64,000 bases of DNA, taken from the sequence record PZ386969.1. One strand, given 5' to 3'. The stretch comes from a phage. The position numbers and the translations under genes are program-made. Positions 1-9,112 of the stretch are shown here, one piece after another. How positions within the stretch are numbered: the first letter of the stretch is position 1; every line of letters begins with the position of its first letter. Under the pieces are notes generated by a model. That model did not search any database. It saw only the letters and a list, made by a program, of their open reading frames with translations, and was not told the origin of the DNA.

Positions 1-459
1 AGTAATGTTATCGAAAGCAAATGGCAGGGTCTCAGCAACCAGTAAGATTTCGTTAGTACGCCAGCAGTTGTCATACCCGTCAGTCATGAACGCCAGGTTG
101 TTGACGTAGCCGGGTTTCTTCAGGCCGCGCGCAGTATCCATCGCCAGTTTCAATGGCTCAACAAAACCAGTACAGCCGGATGGTTGCAGGAAACGGTCGA
201 TCAGTTTGTTCATCTCGCTCAGGTCAGATGCTGCACTAACCTGACGGCCAGCGAACACAGTACCAAAGTCGCCTTTGGAGGAGAAATACAGAACGCTCAC
301 AGTGTCTTCCGGCTTCACCAGGGATGGCAGGTTCTCCTTCAGGTGCTTGCGGACTTCAGGGAGCGCGCGGTACATAGAGCCGGAAATGTCTACAACGATT
401 ACATGGTTGGACGGAGCAGCAGTCGCAACCGCATTCTTAAATTCTAATGATTCAATCAT
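1..459 (-). CDS. von Willebrand factor A (vWA) domain protein; 3' end lies beyond the left window edge
   Basis: Minus-strand ORF from ATG at 457-459 running off the edge; N-terminus MIESLEFKNAVATAAPSNHVIVVDISGSMY carries the MIDAS DxSxS motif; ATGA overlap with upstream 71-aa ORF. Confidence 0.6.
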   Translation of the reverse strand, partial: MIESLEFKNAVATAAPSNHVIVVDISGSMYRALPEVRKHLKENLPSLVKPEDTVSVLYFSSKGDFGTVFAGRQVSAASDLSEMNKLIDRFLQPSGCTGFVEPLKLAMDTARGLKKPGYVNNLAFMTDGYDNCWRTNEILLVAETLPFAFDNIT

Positions 460-667
460 TGTTCTCTTCGCCTTGTGCGTAAGGGTTAAGTTCAGACTCA
501 TCAGCGGCTTCGATGCGCGTCTTTACAGAGTCCAGCATATTGTTGATAAACTCACGAGACTGCTCCAGCTGAGCCAAGAGCACATCCTTTGGAGCATAGT
601 TCTGAATGCAAGCCGGAATACTTTCAGACGTCGCCTTCAGGTCGGTAAAACATTCTTTCAGTATCAT
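452..667 (-). CDS. hypothetical protein (71 aa)
   Basis: ORF in track; stop overlaps vWA start (translational coupling); no recognisable motif. Confidence 0.4.
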   Translation of the reverse strand: MILKECFTDLKATSESIPACIQNYAPKDVLLAQLEQSREFINNMLDSVKTRIEAADESELNPYAQGEENND

Positions 668-735
668 TAGATCTCACTTAACAGAGACGACGCCCTGTTG
701 GGATTTAATAGCGGTCTTCACAGACATCAGGTTTC

Positions 736-762
736 CCTCAAAACAGGGGAGTCTCCTCCCCT
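736..762 (-). terminator. rho-independent terminator after the Nampt-like gene
   Basis: Stem AGGGGAG/CTCCCCT, loop TCTC, followed by TTTTG on the minus strand. Confidence 0.55.
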
Positions 763-769
763 TCGGTTA

Positions 770-2434
770 TCAGATTTGTGATGCCAGTTCTGCTACCAGA
801 GGAGCGGCGCGGACACGCGCATCTTCCAGTGTTTGAGTATTGAAGAACTCGCCATCACGATACACCAGCTGGTGCTGGTTGTCGGCGTCTTGCACCTGAT
901 CAAAGGTGATACCGTCAACCAACACTAGTTTACCCTGAGAGTCTTTAATGACTTTAAGGAAACCACGCGCAGACTTTTTAGTCCCGCCTTTATCGGTCTT
1001 CGGCTCTTTGAAGATCTCACGGAATTCACCGTTCACCTTACCAGCCGTGGCTTTCACTGCCGTGCCAGTACTGTCGCGGGTGTTCATCTGGTAGGTGTAG
1101 GAACCGATACCGAACACCACGTTGATGGAAGCGAAGTTCCGGCCAGCCAGACGGCTAAAGATCTGGTCTTCACGTGCCAGAGTGATGGAGTCACCGTAGA
1201 TCAGACCGATGTGTTCGTCCAACAGGAAGTGGCCAGTTTCAGTCTGGGTTCCACCAAAGATCTCCCACAGGCGCTGGATAGAGCCGACTGCTTCAGAACG
1301 GCTGATGATATTACGGTCATCTGCCATCAGAGAGTTGATCGTGCCTTCGCCTGTGATCAGGTGATAGGTGTTCGTCTCTTCGATGTGAATAACTTCGGTA
1401 CTGCTAGACACGCCGCTGATGTTCAGCGTGGCACGGTCTTTGAACCCCTCGATGCGGTAGCCGCCGACGATGTGCACAGGGTCGCCCGAGTCGGGGCGAA
1501 TCACGACTTTACCATTGCGCGCCATGATAATGTCTTTCAGGCGAGGTAGATAGTCGTCGATGACCTGCCAGTAATCCCACGCATCAGACACGATACTGAC
1601 GATGCCATCAGGATACACGTCCTGCACTAGGCGGCGGAAGGTTTCGAATTCACCATCCTTCGTGCCCATACACATCACCGCATGTTCCGTTGCGGCAACC
1701 GACCCAGCAACGACATAGTCTTCGTCGATGTCTGCGCCATAATACTCTTCTACGAAGTCCAGGGCAGGGTTGGTGTCGGTGCCTTTGAAGAACACCAGAT
1801 GACCGGAACCGGAAGACGCCGCGTCATGCCATCCGCTCATACCACGGAAGGAGAAGTCGTGGCCTTGGTAGTCGATGAACCAATGGTCTGGTGATACTCC
1901 CGTAGCGAGGGCAGCTTTCACCATCAGTGCCTTGTAATGCAGAGCTATGGTGGCGTTCGTCATCGGCTTCCAGATCTCAGAGCTGAACACAGTCTCCAGA
2001 TAGTTGGTCAGCCAGTAGAACTCCGGCAGGGTATTGAACATCACATACACCGGAACACCATACGGGCACATGGTGCCTTCAGGCAGCGCACGGACTTCGA
2101 TAGGCAGGTAGCCGAGGTCATGCAGGGCTTCAATATGCTCTGTGCCGACGCGGCCTGGACCCAGGACTTTGTTCATGCGACGGGCATACTTCTTCAGCAC
2201 CTTGGCCTTCGGGCACTGGAAGAATGCTTCGTCAAACAGTTCGTGGAACCAGGTCATGAAGCCCTGGATGCCCCAGACCACCACGCCGTTCTTCGGCAGG
2301 TGAGAGTTGAACAGTTTGTTAGAGCGCGGAGTTCCGTTGGAGAACACCAGCTCACTGCCTTCAGGGAACTGATAGATGTGCCCCGATTTGTAGAAGTCGA
2401 TTGCATGGATTGGGTCTAAGTGGCGCATGCTCAT
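770..2434 (-). CDS. nadV: nicotinamide phosphoribosyltransferase family protein (NadV/Nampt-like; candidate Namat)
   Basis: 554-aa ORF with ATG start and AGGA RBS; Nampt-like sequence recognised from memory; ATGA overlap with upstream Prs-like gene. Confidence 0.75.
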   Translation of the reverse strand: MSMRHLDPIHAIDFYKSGHIYQFPEGSELVFSNGTPRSNKLFNSHLPKNGVVVWGIQGFMTWFHELFDEAFFQCPKAKVLKKYARRMNKVLGPGRVGTEHIEALHDLGYLPIEVRALPEGTMCPYGVPVYVMFNTLPEFYWLTNYLETVFSSEIWKPMTNATIALHYKALMVKAALATGVSPDHWFIDYQGHDFSFRGMSGWHDAASSGSGHLVFFKGTDTNPALDFVEEYYGADIDEDYVVAGSVAATEHAVMCMGTKDGEFETFRRLVQDVYPDGIVSIVSDAWDYWQVIDDYLPRLKDIIMARNGKVVIRPDSGDPVHIVGGYRIEGFKDRATLNISGVSSSTEVIHIEETNTYHLITGEGTINSLMADDRNIISRSEAVGSIQRLWEIFGGTQTETGHFLLDEHIGLIYGDSITLAREDQIFSRLAGRNFASINVVFGIGSYTYQMNTRDSTGTAVKATAGKVNGEFREIFKEPKTDKGGTKKSARGFLKVIKDSQGKLVLVDGITFDQVQDADNQHQLVYRDGEFFNTQTLEDARVRAAPLVAELASQI

Positions 2435-3285
2435 TTTACACGTCCTGTATTTTCAGTTTTGAAAGGAAGCCCGTCGGCGGTGATGTTCTCCCACCAGACA
2501 GTGTCGGCATACACAGCATCATAGATCCCGTCGAAAACAGAGAGACCTTTGCTGAAGATGCCATGGGTAACGAAGAGCGTCATGTGCTTAGGCTTGTGCT
2601 TCTGAAGCTCTTTGCCTAACTCAACGAAAGTGCGCCCGCCGTCGCAGATATCATCAACCACAACCAGATAGCGGTCTTTGATCAGTTCAGGGTTCGTAAT
2701 ACTCACCCCAATGATCTCACCAGTCTTGGTGTCACGGTTCTTGTGACCGTAGACAACAGGAACACCGTCCAACGACAGGCTGAGGGCTTCGGTCTTCTTA
2801 GCCGCGCCGCCGTCAGGGGCTACCAACACAGCGTTGTTCCCACGGATGAACCAGCCCAGATACTGACGCACGATGTAATCTTGCGGGACAACATGGACGT
2901 TGTTGATCAGAGAAGACACAACATGGCTGTGAGGATCTTTGATCGCCACGCGGTCAAAGTTCATGCTATTGATGAACTCAGCCGCCCACTTCACAGACAG
3001 AGGCTCACCGAAGTCACAATGGCGGTCCTGGCGAGCATACGGGAAGTAAGGGATATACGCATGGAATGTCGTCAGACGGTCCACGTTACCCAGACCACGA
3101 ACGGCATTAACCAGAAGCGCCAGCTCAATGAAGTCGGCTGATGATTTGATGTGAGCATCAATCACCACGTTCTGAACGTGGCCGATAGGGATACCAGACT
3201 TTTGAATCTTGATATGTTCCTCACCACCTGGGAAGGTGAAGTGTTTGTAGAACACATCTTGGTCGTTCAATTTCAAACGAAACAT
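2431..3285 (-). CDS. ribose-phosphate pyrophosphokinase family protein (Prs-like; candidate ADP-ribose pyrophosphokinase Adps)
   Basis: 284 aa; FPYARQDR signature and VVVDDICDGG phosphoribosyl-binding loop; GAGG RBS. Confidence 0.7.
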   Translation of the reverse strand: MFRLKLNDQDVFYKHFTFPGGEEHIKIQKSGIPIGHVQNVVIDAHIKSSADFIELALLVNAVRGLGNVDRLTTFHAYIPYFPYARQDRHCDFGEPLSVKWAAEFINSMNFDRVAIKDPHSHVVSSLINNVHVVPQDYIVRQYLGWFIRGNNAVLVAPDGGAAKKTEALSLSLDGVPVVYGHKNRDTKTGEIIGVSITNPELIKDRYLVVVDDICDGGRTFVELGKELQKHKPKHMTLFVTHGIFSKGLSVFDGIYDAVYADTVWWENITADGLPFKTENTGRVK

Positions 3286-3393
3286 AATGCAGCCTCATGG
3301 TGTATTGTACAACCGTATTATACTGTGATGCACAAATTGAAACGTCCAGCATTTACGCTGGACGTTATTGATATTGAAAAGGTTTTGACAAAC

Positions 3394-3627
3394 TCAGGAT
3401 TTGGAGGAAGCGCCCTTCCATGTCTGACGTTTGTAGTGGGAAGCCATGGCCATCGACCCGGCGTATTGCGTTTCACCCCTGACTACCACAGCCACAACCA
3501 GCTTATGTCGCAACAGGAAGTCTAGACCTGACTTAGACGGGATATCGCCAATGCTCAGTGGACCACGATTGTACAGGGCATACATGGTGTCAAGCGCCGC
3601 CCCGGTAAAGATAATCTCTTTAGACAT
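3394..3627 (-). CDS. hypothetical protein
   Basis: ORF 3394..3732 in track; start moved to internal ATG (MSKEIIF) to remove a 98-nt overlap with the upstream gene. Confidence 0.3.
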   Translation of the reverse strand: MSKEIIFTGAALDTMYALYNRGPLSIGDIPSKSGLDFLLRHKLVVAVVVRGETQYAGSMAMASHYKRQTWKGASSKS

Positions 3628-3634
3628 GGCGGTC

Positions 3635-3940
3635 TCACTTAAACGAGTCAACGATGGATGTAAGAATTTCGGGGGTGGGTTTGGCGTCTTGTGGTTCACG
3701 GAAACCCACCTTTGCGATGCGGCCCAAGACATTGTACACTTCGCGCGGAAGGGTGTCTACGACCGTGTCCGACATGAACGCCACGTCTTCTTGGATGGCG
3801 TTGTATTCGGCCAGTTTAGCCAGTTCTGATTCTACCAGGGACTTCAGCTTTTGCAATGGGTCGTTGCAATAGTTGAGACGGTTGCAGTTGGTGAGCGCCT
3901 GAGTTAAATTCTCAAACGCTTCTTGTATTTCCTTTGACAT
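3635..3940 (-). CDS. hypothetical protein
   Basis: ORF in track; start taken at ATG MSKEIQEAF. Confidence 0.35.
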   Translation of the reverse strand: MSKEIQEAFENLTQALTNCNRLNYCNDPLQKLKSLVESELAKLAEYNAIQEDVAFMSDTVVDTLPREVYNVLGRIAKVGFREPQDAKPTPEILTSIVDSFK

Positions 3941-4322
3941 TGATATGTGCCTCGTATTGTTGACAGACAACAACTACTTTACGGCACATGTCGATATCGA
4001 ACAAGCCAATATGACACTCACGCTTCTTTATCCCCAGCTTATGCGCCAGCCAACTGTAAGCGTCGCTCCTGCTCCTCTCTCCGCTTTTCCACAATGGGTC
4101 AAACGATCTATGGGCTTCCTGCTTAGCAGCACGGAGAGCGGCATTCGCCATCCTTCCCAAAGGTTGTCTGCCGTCGCCATGGGCATGGCAACCGACACGG
4201 GCATCACATGGAGTGCATACCCAGAACTTCAGATTGCGGAGGTCAGGGCGATGAGGGTAGAGAACATCACCACCGACGAATTCGGCTGGGAGGCCACAGT
4301 AATCACATATAACAGGTTTCAT
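3912..4322 (-). CDS. zinc-ribbon protein (four-Cys CxxC...CxxC motif)
   Basis: MKPVICDYCG...CTPCDARVGCHAHGD; start at internal ATG 4322; follows a terminator hairpin at 4341-4360. Confidence 0.45.
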   Translation of the reverse strand: MKPVICDYCGLPAEFVGGDVLYPHRPDLRNLKFWVCTPCDARVGCHAHGDGRQPLGRMANAALRAAKQEAHRSFDPLWKSGERSRSDAYSWLAHKLGIKKRECHIGLFDIDMCRKVVVVCQQYEAHINVKGNTRSV

Positions 4323-4340
4323 ATTCTTTGTCCAAAAGAA

Positions 4341-4360
4341 ACCCCGCACATGGCGGGGTT
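4341..4360 (-). terminator. rho-independent terminator
   Basis: Stem CCCCGC/GCGGGG followed by TTTCTTTT on the minus strand. Confidence 0.55.
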
Positions 4361-4382
4361 GCTCAGGCCGAGGCCAACAGGG

Positions 4383-4754
4383 TTATTTCAGGAGTGCTTC
4401 CAGTTCTTCAACAGATTTGCTTTCCAGCTCTTGCTGTTTCTTACGCTGGATCAGCTCCAGGATAACCTGGTTGTTCGCCTTACGCTCTGCCGCTTCTCTG
4501 CTGTCGTCACGTTCTTTCAGCTTAACGCCGATGATGTGCTTGACAACGTCGAAGCGCAGCTGCAGTTCGGAGTCAACGTTGCTTTTGGTACCAATGAAAT
4601 CTTCTTCATCGGTTTCTGCTGCTTTCACCTGACGGCTCAGACCTTTCGCCATTTCGTTCAGGGCAGTCAGGCTCAGGTCCCAGACCTGCTCAACAGACAG
4701 CAGACCTTTGTTAGACTCGAAGCGCAGTTTCATACGGGTTGCTTTATCAAACAT
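4383..4754 (-). CDS. hypothetical protein (charged, predicted helical)
   Basis: ORF in track; followed by terminator hairpin 4341-4360. Confidence 0.45.
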   Translation of the reverse strand: MFDKATRMKLRFESNKGLLSVEQVWDLSLTALNEMAKGLSRQVKAAETDEEDFIGTKSNVDSELQLRFDVVKHIIGVKLKERDDSREAAERKANNQVILELIQRKKQQELESKSVEELEALLK

Positions 4755-4798
4755 TTTACTATCCTCAATGATGAATGGGTTACAATTTCAAATCAGGT

Positions 4799-6817
4799 TT
4801 AGAACACAACTTTCACAGTGCGGTTGAAAGAACCGCTCACCTTCACGAACACGTGGTTGCGTTGGGTGGTAGAGAAGCCCAGACCGGACAGCTGCTCAGT
4901 GCTTGGCTGTACTTTAATCTTACCACCTAACATTTCAAAAACCTTGCGGTGTTTATCAAGTTCCGGCTTCAGATATTCGTTATAGAAACCACGGGTGCCG
5001 ACAGGGTTAGCACAACCTTCCAGGATGAAGAACACGTGCTTGTTGCCAGTCTGCTCGCCGTCCCAATGGTTTGGTGAGTTCAGAACCAGCTGTACCTTCT
5101 GGAAGACGGAGGTCTTGATGCCCCAGATTTCCTGAGAGCGAGCGTCGTCTTTCAGGGTAGAACGGATGTCTACCACTTGTCCAGCGCGGACATCAATCAC
5201 AACAGCCAGAGTGCGATCTTTGTGCTTCAGGCCAGGATGCGAAAAACGCTTGGTCTGGCCTTTGTATTCAACTTCGATTTCGAAGCCCATATCACAGGTT
5301 TCACGCTGGCTGAAGTTAGTGACATAGAACTCGTACAGACCATCACGCAGCTTGCGTTCATCGCTGAAGAAGATGTTCTCCACCGGACGGCGGTTTGGAT
5401 CAATGCCGTCCATACCGTTCATGTCGATGTCTAGAGTTGCGCCAGTTGTCGAACGACGGTTGTGATAATACACGTGGTTGTGAAGAGGATCGTTCAGGCT
5501 CAGATCCAGGTCGTCGTTGTTATGCCAAGCCAGTGACACACGGAGGAAGCTGTCGACATTGCCGCCTGCGGTCTTCACGCGCTCTTTGATGGAGTCGGCC
5601 ACTTCGCCATTGTACGACCAGCTGAAGCCGTTGTTCCACTTGAACAGGTTAGGAGCGCCTGCGGTGGCCGGAGCGATCAGGGACATCAGGTTGCCAATGT
5701 GAGAGTTTTCGACCAGCACTTCCAGGGAATGCGCCTTTGGCAACAAGTTGGTCAGGAAGTCGTCGATCGTGATCTCTTCAACCTTGTCCAGGGACTTGGT
5801 CGGAGTCTTCACTTCAGACGCCAGCTGAGCAAACGGGTCCATCTTCTTCTGAGCTGCCAGATCGGCGAACAGAACGTTGTTGATGGTCAGATCGTCATAC
5901 ACGGCATAACGGCGACCCAGTGAATCAGTCAGACCCAGCGCTTCGACTTCTTTCTGCGCGTTTTCAATCATCGACTTCGTGACCAGCGCGGTTGGGCGCT
6001 TGTAGTTCGTCGGAGCGACTTTGGCTTCAAAGGACTTCACGGCGGTTTCCAGATCCCGGCCTTCATTGAGGTCTACCAGCAGAGAGCCAATCACGGTATT
6101 ACGAATGCCGTGAGGGGTATGACCGTTTGCACGGTAGCCAGTGCGCCAAGCCCACAGAGCGCGTTTCTCTTCTGCAGTTTGTTCGTACAGGGTCTTGTTC
6201 ACCACGAACGCCTGCACTGCCGCTTTGTGCTCTTCACCGCGATACAGAGAATTCTGGTCAATCAATTCCAGAACGATTTCAGCCGATTCCAGAGACAGTT
6301 CACGCAGGCCGCGCTCAAACACTTCAATCGCCTGGCGGATTTCACCCTTCTTAGAAGCGATGGTATCTGCCCGCAGAACATAGCTGCCCAGCAGGTCGGT
6401 GTGGAAGTGGTTGTAGGTGCGGACAATACCATCTTTCATTTCGTGATTCGACTCAACACCAACTTTCTTGGTGTCGTTGAAGTACACGTCGACGATTGCG
6501 TGCTGCTTAACGTATGCTGACAGCGCCGCAGCGACAACGTCGTATTCGTTACCCAACTGAATGTTATCCCAGATAGAGATCACGTTCAGGTCGGAGTCGA
6601 TGGTGACCACACCGCCGATGTTACGGATGAATTGTTTACAGCAGGTGCAGTCGTGCTCGGTACGCTCACGATAAAGCGGGTTAGTGCCAGCAGGGAAAGA
6701 AGACAGATACAGATCCCACAGAGCATCTTTATCGATGTTGGTCATGAACAGACCAGTTGCTGACATGGCCAGCACGTTATTGTTGACAGCTACTGCGAAG
6801 GGCTTAAAATCTGACAT
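4799..6817 (-). CDS. large hypothetical protein (672 aa) with N-terminal Cys cluster
   Basis: ATG start with AGGAAG RBS; HDCTCCKQF motif; no P-loop or other catalytic motif recognised. Confidence 0.6.
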   Translation of the reverse strand: MSDFKPFAVAVNNNVLAMSATGLFMTNIDKDALWDLYLSSFPAGTNPLYRERTEHDCTCCKQFIRNIGGVVTIDSDLNVISIWDNIQLGNEYDVVAAALSAYVKQHAIVDVYFNDTKKVGVESNHEMKDGIVRTYNHFHTDLLGSYVLRADTIASKKGEIRQAIEVFERGLRELSLESAEIVLELIDQNSLYRGEEHKAAVQAFVVNKTLYEQTAEEKRALWAWRTGYRANGHTPHGIRNTVIGSLLVDLNEGRDLETAVKSFEAKVAPTNYKRPTALVTKSMIENAQKEVEALGLTDSLGRRYAVYDDLTINNVLFADLAAQKKMDPFAQLASEVKTPTKSLDKVEEITIDDFLTNLLPKAHSLEVLVENSHIGNLMSLIAPATAGAPNLFKWNNGFSWSYNGEVADSIKERVKTAGGNVDSFLRVSLAWHNNDDLDLSLNDPLHNHVYYHNRRSTTGATLDIDMNGMDGIDPNRRPVENIFFSDERKLRDGLYEFYVTNFSQRETCDMGFEIEVEYKGQTKRFSHPGLKHKDRTLAVVIDVRAGQVVDIRSTLKDDARSQEIWGIKTSVFQKVQLVLNSPNHWDGEQTGNKHVFFILEGCANPVGTRGFYNEYLKPELDKHRKVFEMLGGKIKVQPSTEQLSGLGFSTTQRNHVFVKVSGSFNRTVKVVF

Positions 6818-6847
6818 GATGTAATCTTCCTGTTTCAGTTCAAATGT

Positions 6848-6868
6848 GCGCCCCGTTTGCCAGGGCGC
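6848..6868 (-). terminator. terminator-like hairpin
   Basis: Stem GCGCCC/GGGCGC; weak U-tract. Confidence 0.35.
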
Positions 6869-6931
6869 TTCGTTTAAGTGAGGTTAATATACGCTGGATT
6901 GAGTTATTGAAGAACGAAGTAAAGGGAATCT

Positions 6932-8155
6932 TTATTCAGGTTTCTTCAAACGGTCCAGCAAATTGACGGAACCACGTTTGAGCACGACTTCATCACAACG
7001 TTGCTTATACGCACTACCATTCCCGTCATACCCCACCTTTCCTCGAGGTTTCTCCCCGCGCATCACTGCCTCAACACAGCGGGTATATTTCTGAAGTTCA
7101 CAGAACATGTTCTCCAGCTGCATAACATTCATGCAACGATCTTCCGGTTCTTCTGCCGACCAAAATTCATTACGTTTATACCCATACTGAGCGAACAATT
7201 GATCTTGATGATCACGAACCCAGAATATGCATTCTTCATGCGTCATGCCGTCCTTGTCCAAAAATAACAGATCGATACCAGCACGGCAACCTGGACCAGC
7301 GATAGTGAAGTGGTTTTCACTGAATGGATATTCATCGATGTATGTAAAATCAACCCAAATCTGGTATGCCAAGAATGGTCCAAGCCCCTCAATGTCGTCA
7401 TACATCGCCTGGTAAACAGAGTCGGGACGGCTAAATTCCCTGAGGCGATCAAAGTAATGAGGGTGTTTGTTGACGAATGCCTTCAGGGAGCGGATGACAC
7501 GCATTGGCATGTACGGTTCCCAACCTTCGATGGTGTAGAAGTCCGGCTCTGCTTCAGCGATGGCCTTGGCTTCCTTGTAATCCATGTTCTGGGTTGAACC
7601 GTCTTTACAGATCAGATTCACCATCATCCCACCGAAGCGCTGCTCCTTGTGGTTGACAACTAGTTCGGGGAAAGCCAGGCATTGTTTCAGACCGCCTGTA
7701 TTAAACGCATTGGTGAAAACTTTGCCACCTTTAGATTCGAATTCCTGAAGAACACTTCGACACCATTCAAGATTTATGTTTCCGAATTCTTCGATCGTCC
7801 ATGGACCACCCAAAGCCTGTATAGGTTCCCACATGTTGTACATGCGGAACAATACACAGTTGAACATTTTGTCAGATAGCGTGAGATCCTGATTGAGGAT
7901 GATATTATTGATCAAATTTCGAGACTGTCTATCGTGCTCTCTCCGCACGTTACAAAACTTGACTTGGCGTAATACCGGATTATCCGTCCATGGCGCTGGA
8001 AGGCATTGCACGTCCTTCTTGACATGTATCGCATAACGATCCCTCATCCATTCATATGCCAGCTGACGGTGGAATGAACTTAACATAGGATGGGCTGATT
8101 TGATTTTGGTTTCACGGACACCGCAATATGGGATGTCATATGGTTTATCTTTCAT
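6932..8155 (-). CDS. hypothetical protein (407 aa)
   Basis: ATG start with AGAGGA RBS; flanked by terminator hairpins 6848-6868 and 8179-8199; function not recognised. Confidence 0.6.
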   Translation of the reverse strand: MKDKPYDIPYCGVRETKIKSAHPMLSSFHRQLAYEWMRDRYAIHVKKDVQCLPAPWTDNPVLRQVKFCNVRREHDRQSRNLINNIILNQDLTLSDKMFNCVLFRMYNMWEPIQALGGPWTIEEFGNINLEWCRSVLQEFESKGGKVFTNAFNTGGLKQCLAFPELVVNHKEQRFGGMMVNLICKDGSTQNMDYKEAKAIAEAEPDFYTIEGWEPYMPMRVIRSLKAFVNKHPHYFDRLREFSRPDSVYQAMYDDIEGLGPFLAYQIWVDFTYIDEYPFSENHFTIAGPGCRAGIDLLFLDKDGMTHEECIFWVRDHQDQLFAQYGYKRNEFWSAEEPEDRCMNVMQLENMFCELQKYTRCVEAVMRGEKPRGKVGYDGNGSAYKQRCDEVVLKRGSVNLLDRLKKPE

Positions 8156-8178
8156 GGTATCCTCTTAGAATACGAAAA

Positions 8179-8199
8179 CAGAGGCCATTATAGCCTCTG
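8179..8199 (-). terminator. rho-independent terminator
   Basis: Stem CAGAGGC/GCCTCTG followed by TTTTCG on the minus strand. Confidence 0.5.
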
Positions 8200-8223
8200 T
8201 TGTTTAGTGAATAACCGTATATC

Positions 8224-9096
8224 TTAATCGATACGGGTCAGTTGGGTGATAGATGATTGCACTGGGCTGGCCACATAGATACGGACGTTGGCTTTCCATT
8301 CACCCCAGATCAACGGTAGAGTTGGGAAGTTGTCTTCATTGAAAACAAACACGGGAATGTAGCTCTCGACTGTTTCGCCAGAGAACGCCTGGAAGCCCAT
8401 CTTGGTGTATCCCATGATCTCGTCAATAAAATCGAACGGAGCGAAGGCAACACCAGCGTGTTCGTTAGAGCCGAGCTGGCCTGGAATGGCCGTACCCGTC
8501 AGAATGATTTCAGTGATCTGGCGCTTAGGCTCGGCAGTCAGCATATCAGAGAAGTCAGGCTCTTTGAAGGTTGCCATGTTCTTCAGGAACTTGCCAGCCG
8601 GGTATTCTTTGCCGTCGACGGTGATGGTGTCTACCACTTTGATGCACGCCTGAGGGAATTCCCCTTCGATGCGCAGACTTTCGCGTGGGAAGCCTTTGTT
8701 GTAGTAGTAATCCAGTGCAGGCACAACTTCACCTTCATTGCGAATGAACTTGCTCATGTTAGACGCATACACGCGCTGTAGGCATTCGTCGCCGTCGAAA
8801 CCAGCAATATGAGCCAAACCGTCGTTGACTGTTGTGATGTCGCCCTGGGCATCCATGATCTGGCGCATGATGCCTTTGATGTCCACAACGGCAGGTTCTT
8901 TCAGGACTCGTGGAGTTGCAGTGAATTCCACCTTCACATCATGGTCAAAGAACACCGCTTCCAGCAGTTCGCGGGTCTCTTCCAGCACCAGTTTCGCCTG
9001 ATTGCGGATCTTACCAAAGTCAGGCGATGTGACGTCGCCCTTTGCATTACCGAAAGCCAGATTCAGATTCACGTTCTTAGAAAATGTAGTTGTCAT
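8224..9096 (-). CDS. hypothetical protein; N-terminal segment weakly resembles MazG/HisE-type pyrophosphohydrolase helices
   Basis: 290 aa; LVLEETRELLEAV segment; GGAG RBS; weak call. Confidence 0.45.
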   Translation of the reverse strand: MTTTFSKNVNLNLAFGNAKGDVTSPDFGKIRNQAKLVLEETRELLEAVFFDHDVKVEFTATPRVLKEPAVVDIKGIMRQIMDAQGDITTVNDGLAHIAGFDGDECLQRVYASNMSKFIRNEGEVVPALDYYYNKGFPRESLRIEGEFPQACIKVVDTITVDGKEYPAGKFLKNMATFKEPDFSDMLTAEPKRQITEIILTGTAIPGQLGSNEHAGVAFAPFDFIDEIMGYTKMGFQAFSGETVESYIPVFVFNEDNFPTLPLIWGEWKANVRIYVASPVQSSITQLTRID

Positions 9097-9112
9097 GATT
9101 TAGCGACTCCAG

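Noticed and set aside
3317-3345. Full sigma70 promoter for the Prs-like/Nampt-like operon
   Set aside because: Good -10 TATAAT on the minus strand but no -35 at 16-18 nt spacing; kept only as a remark.
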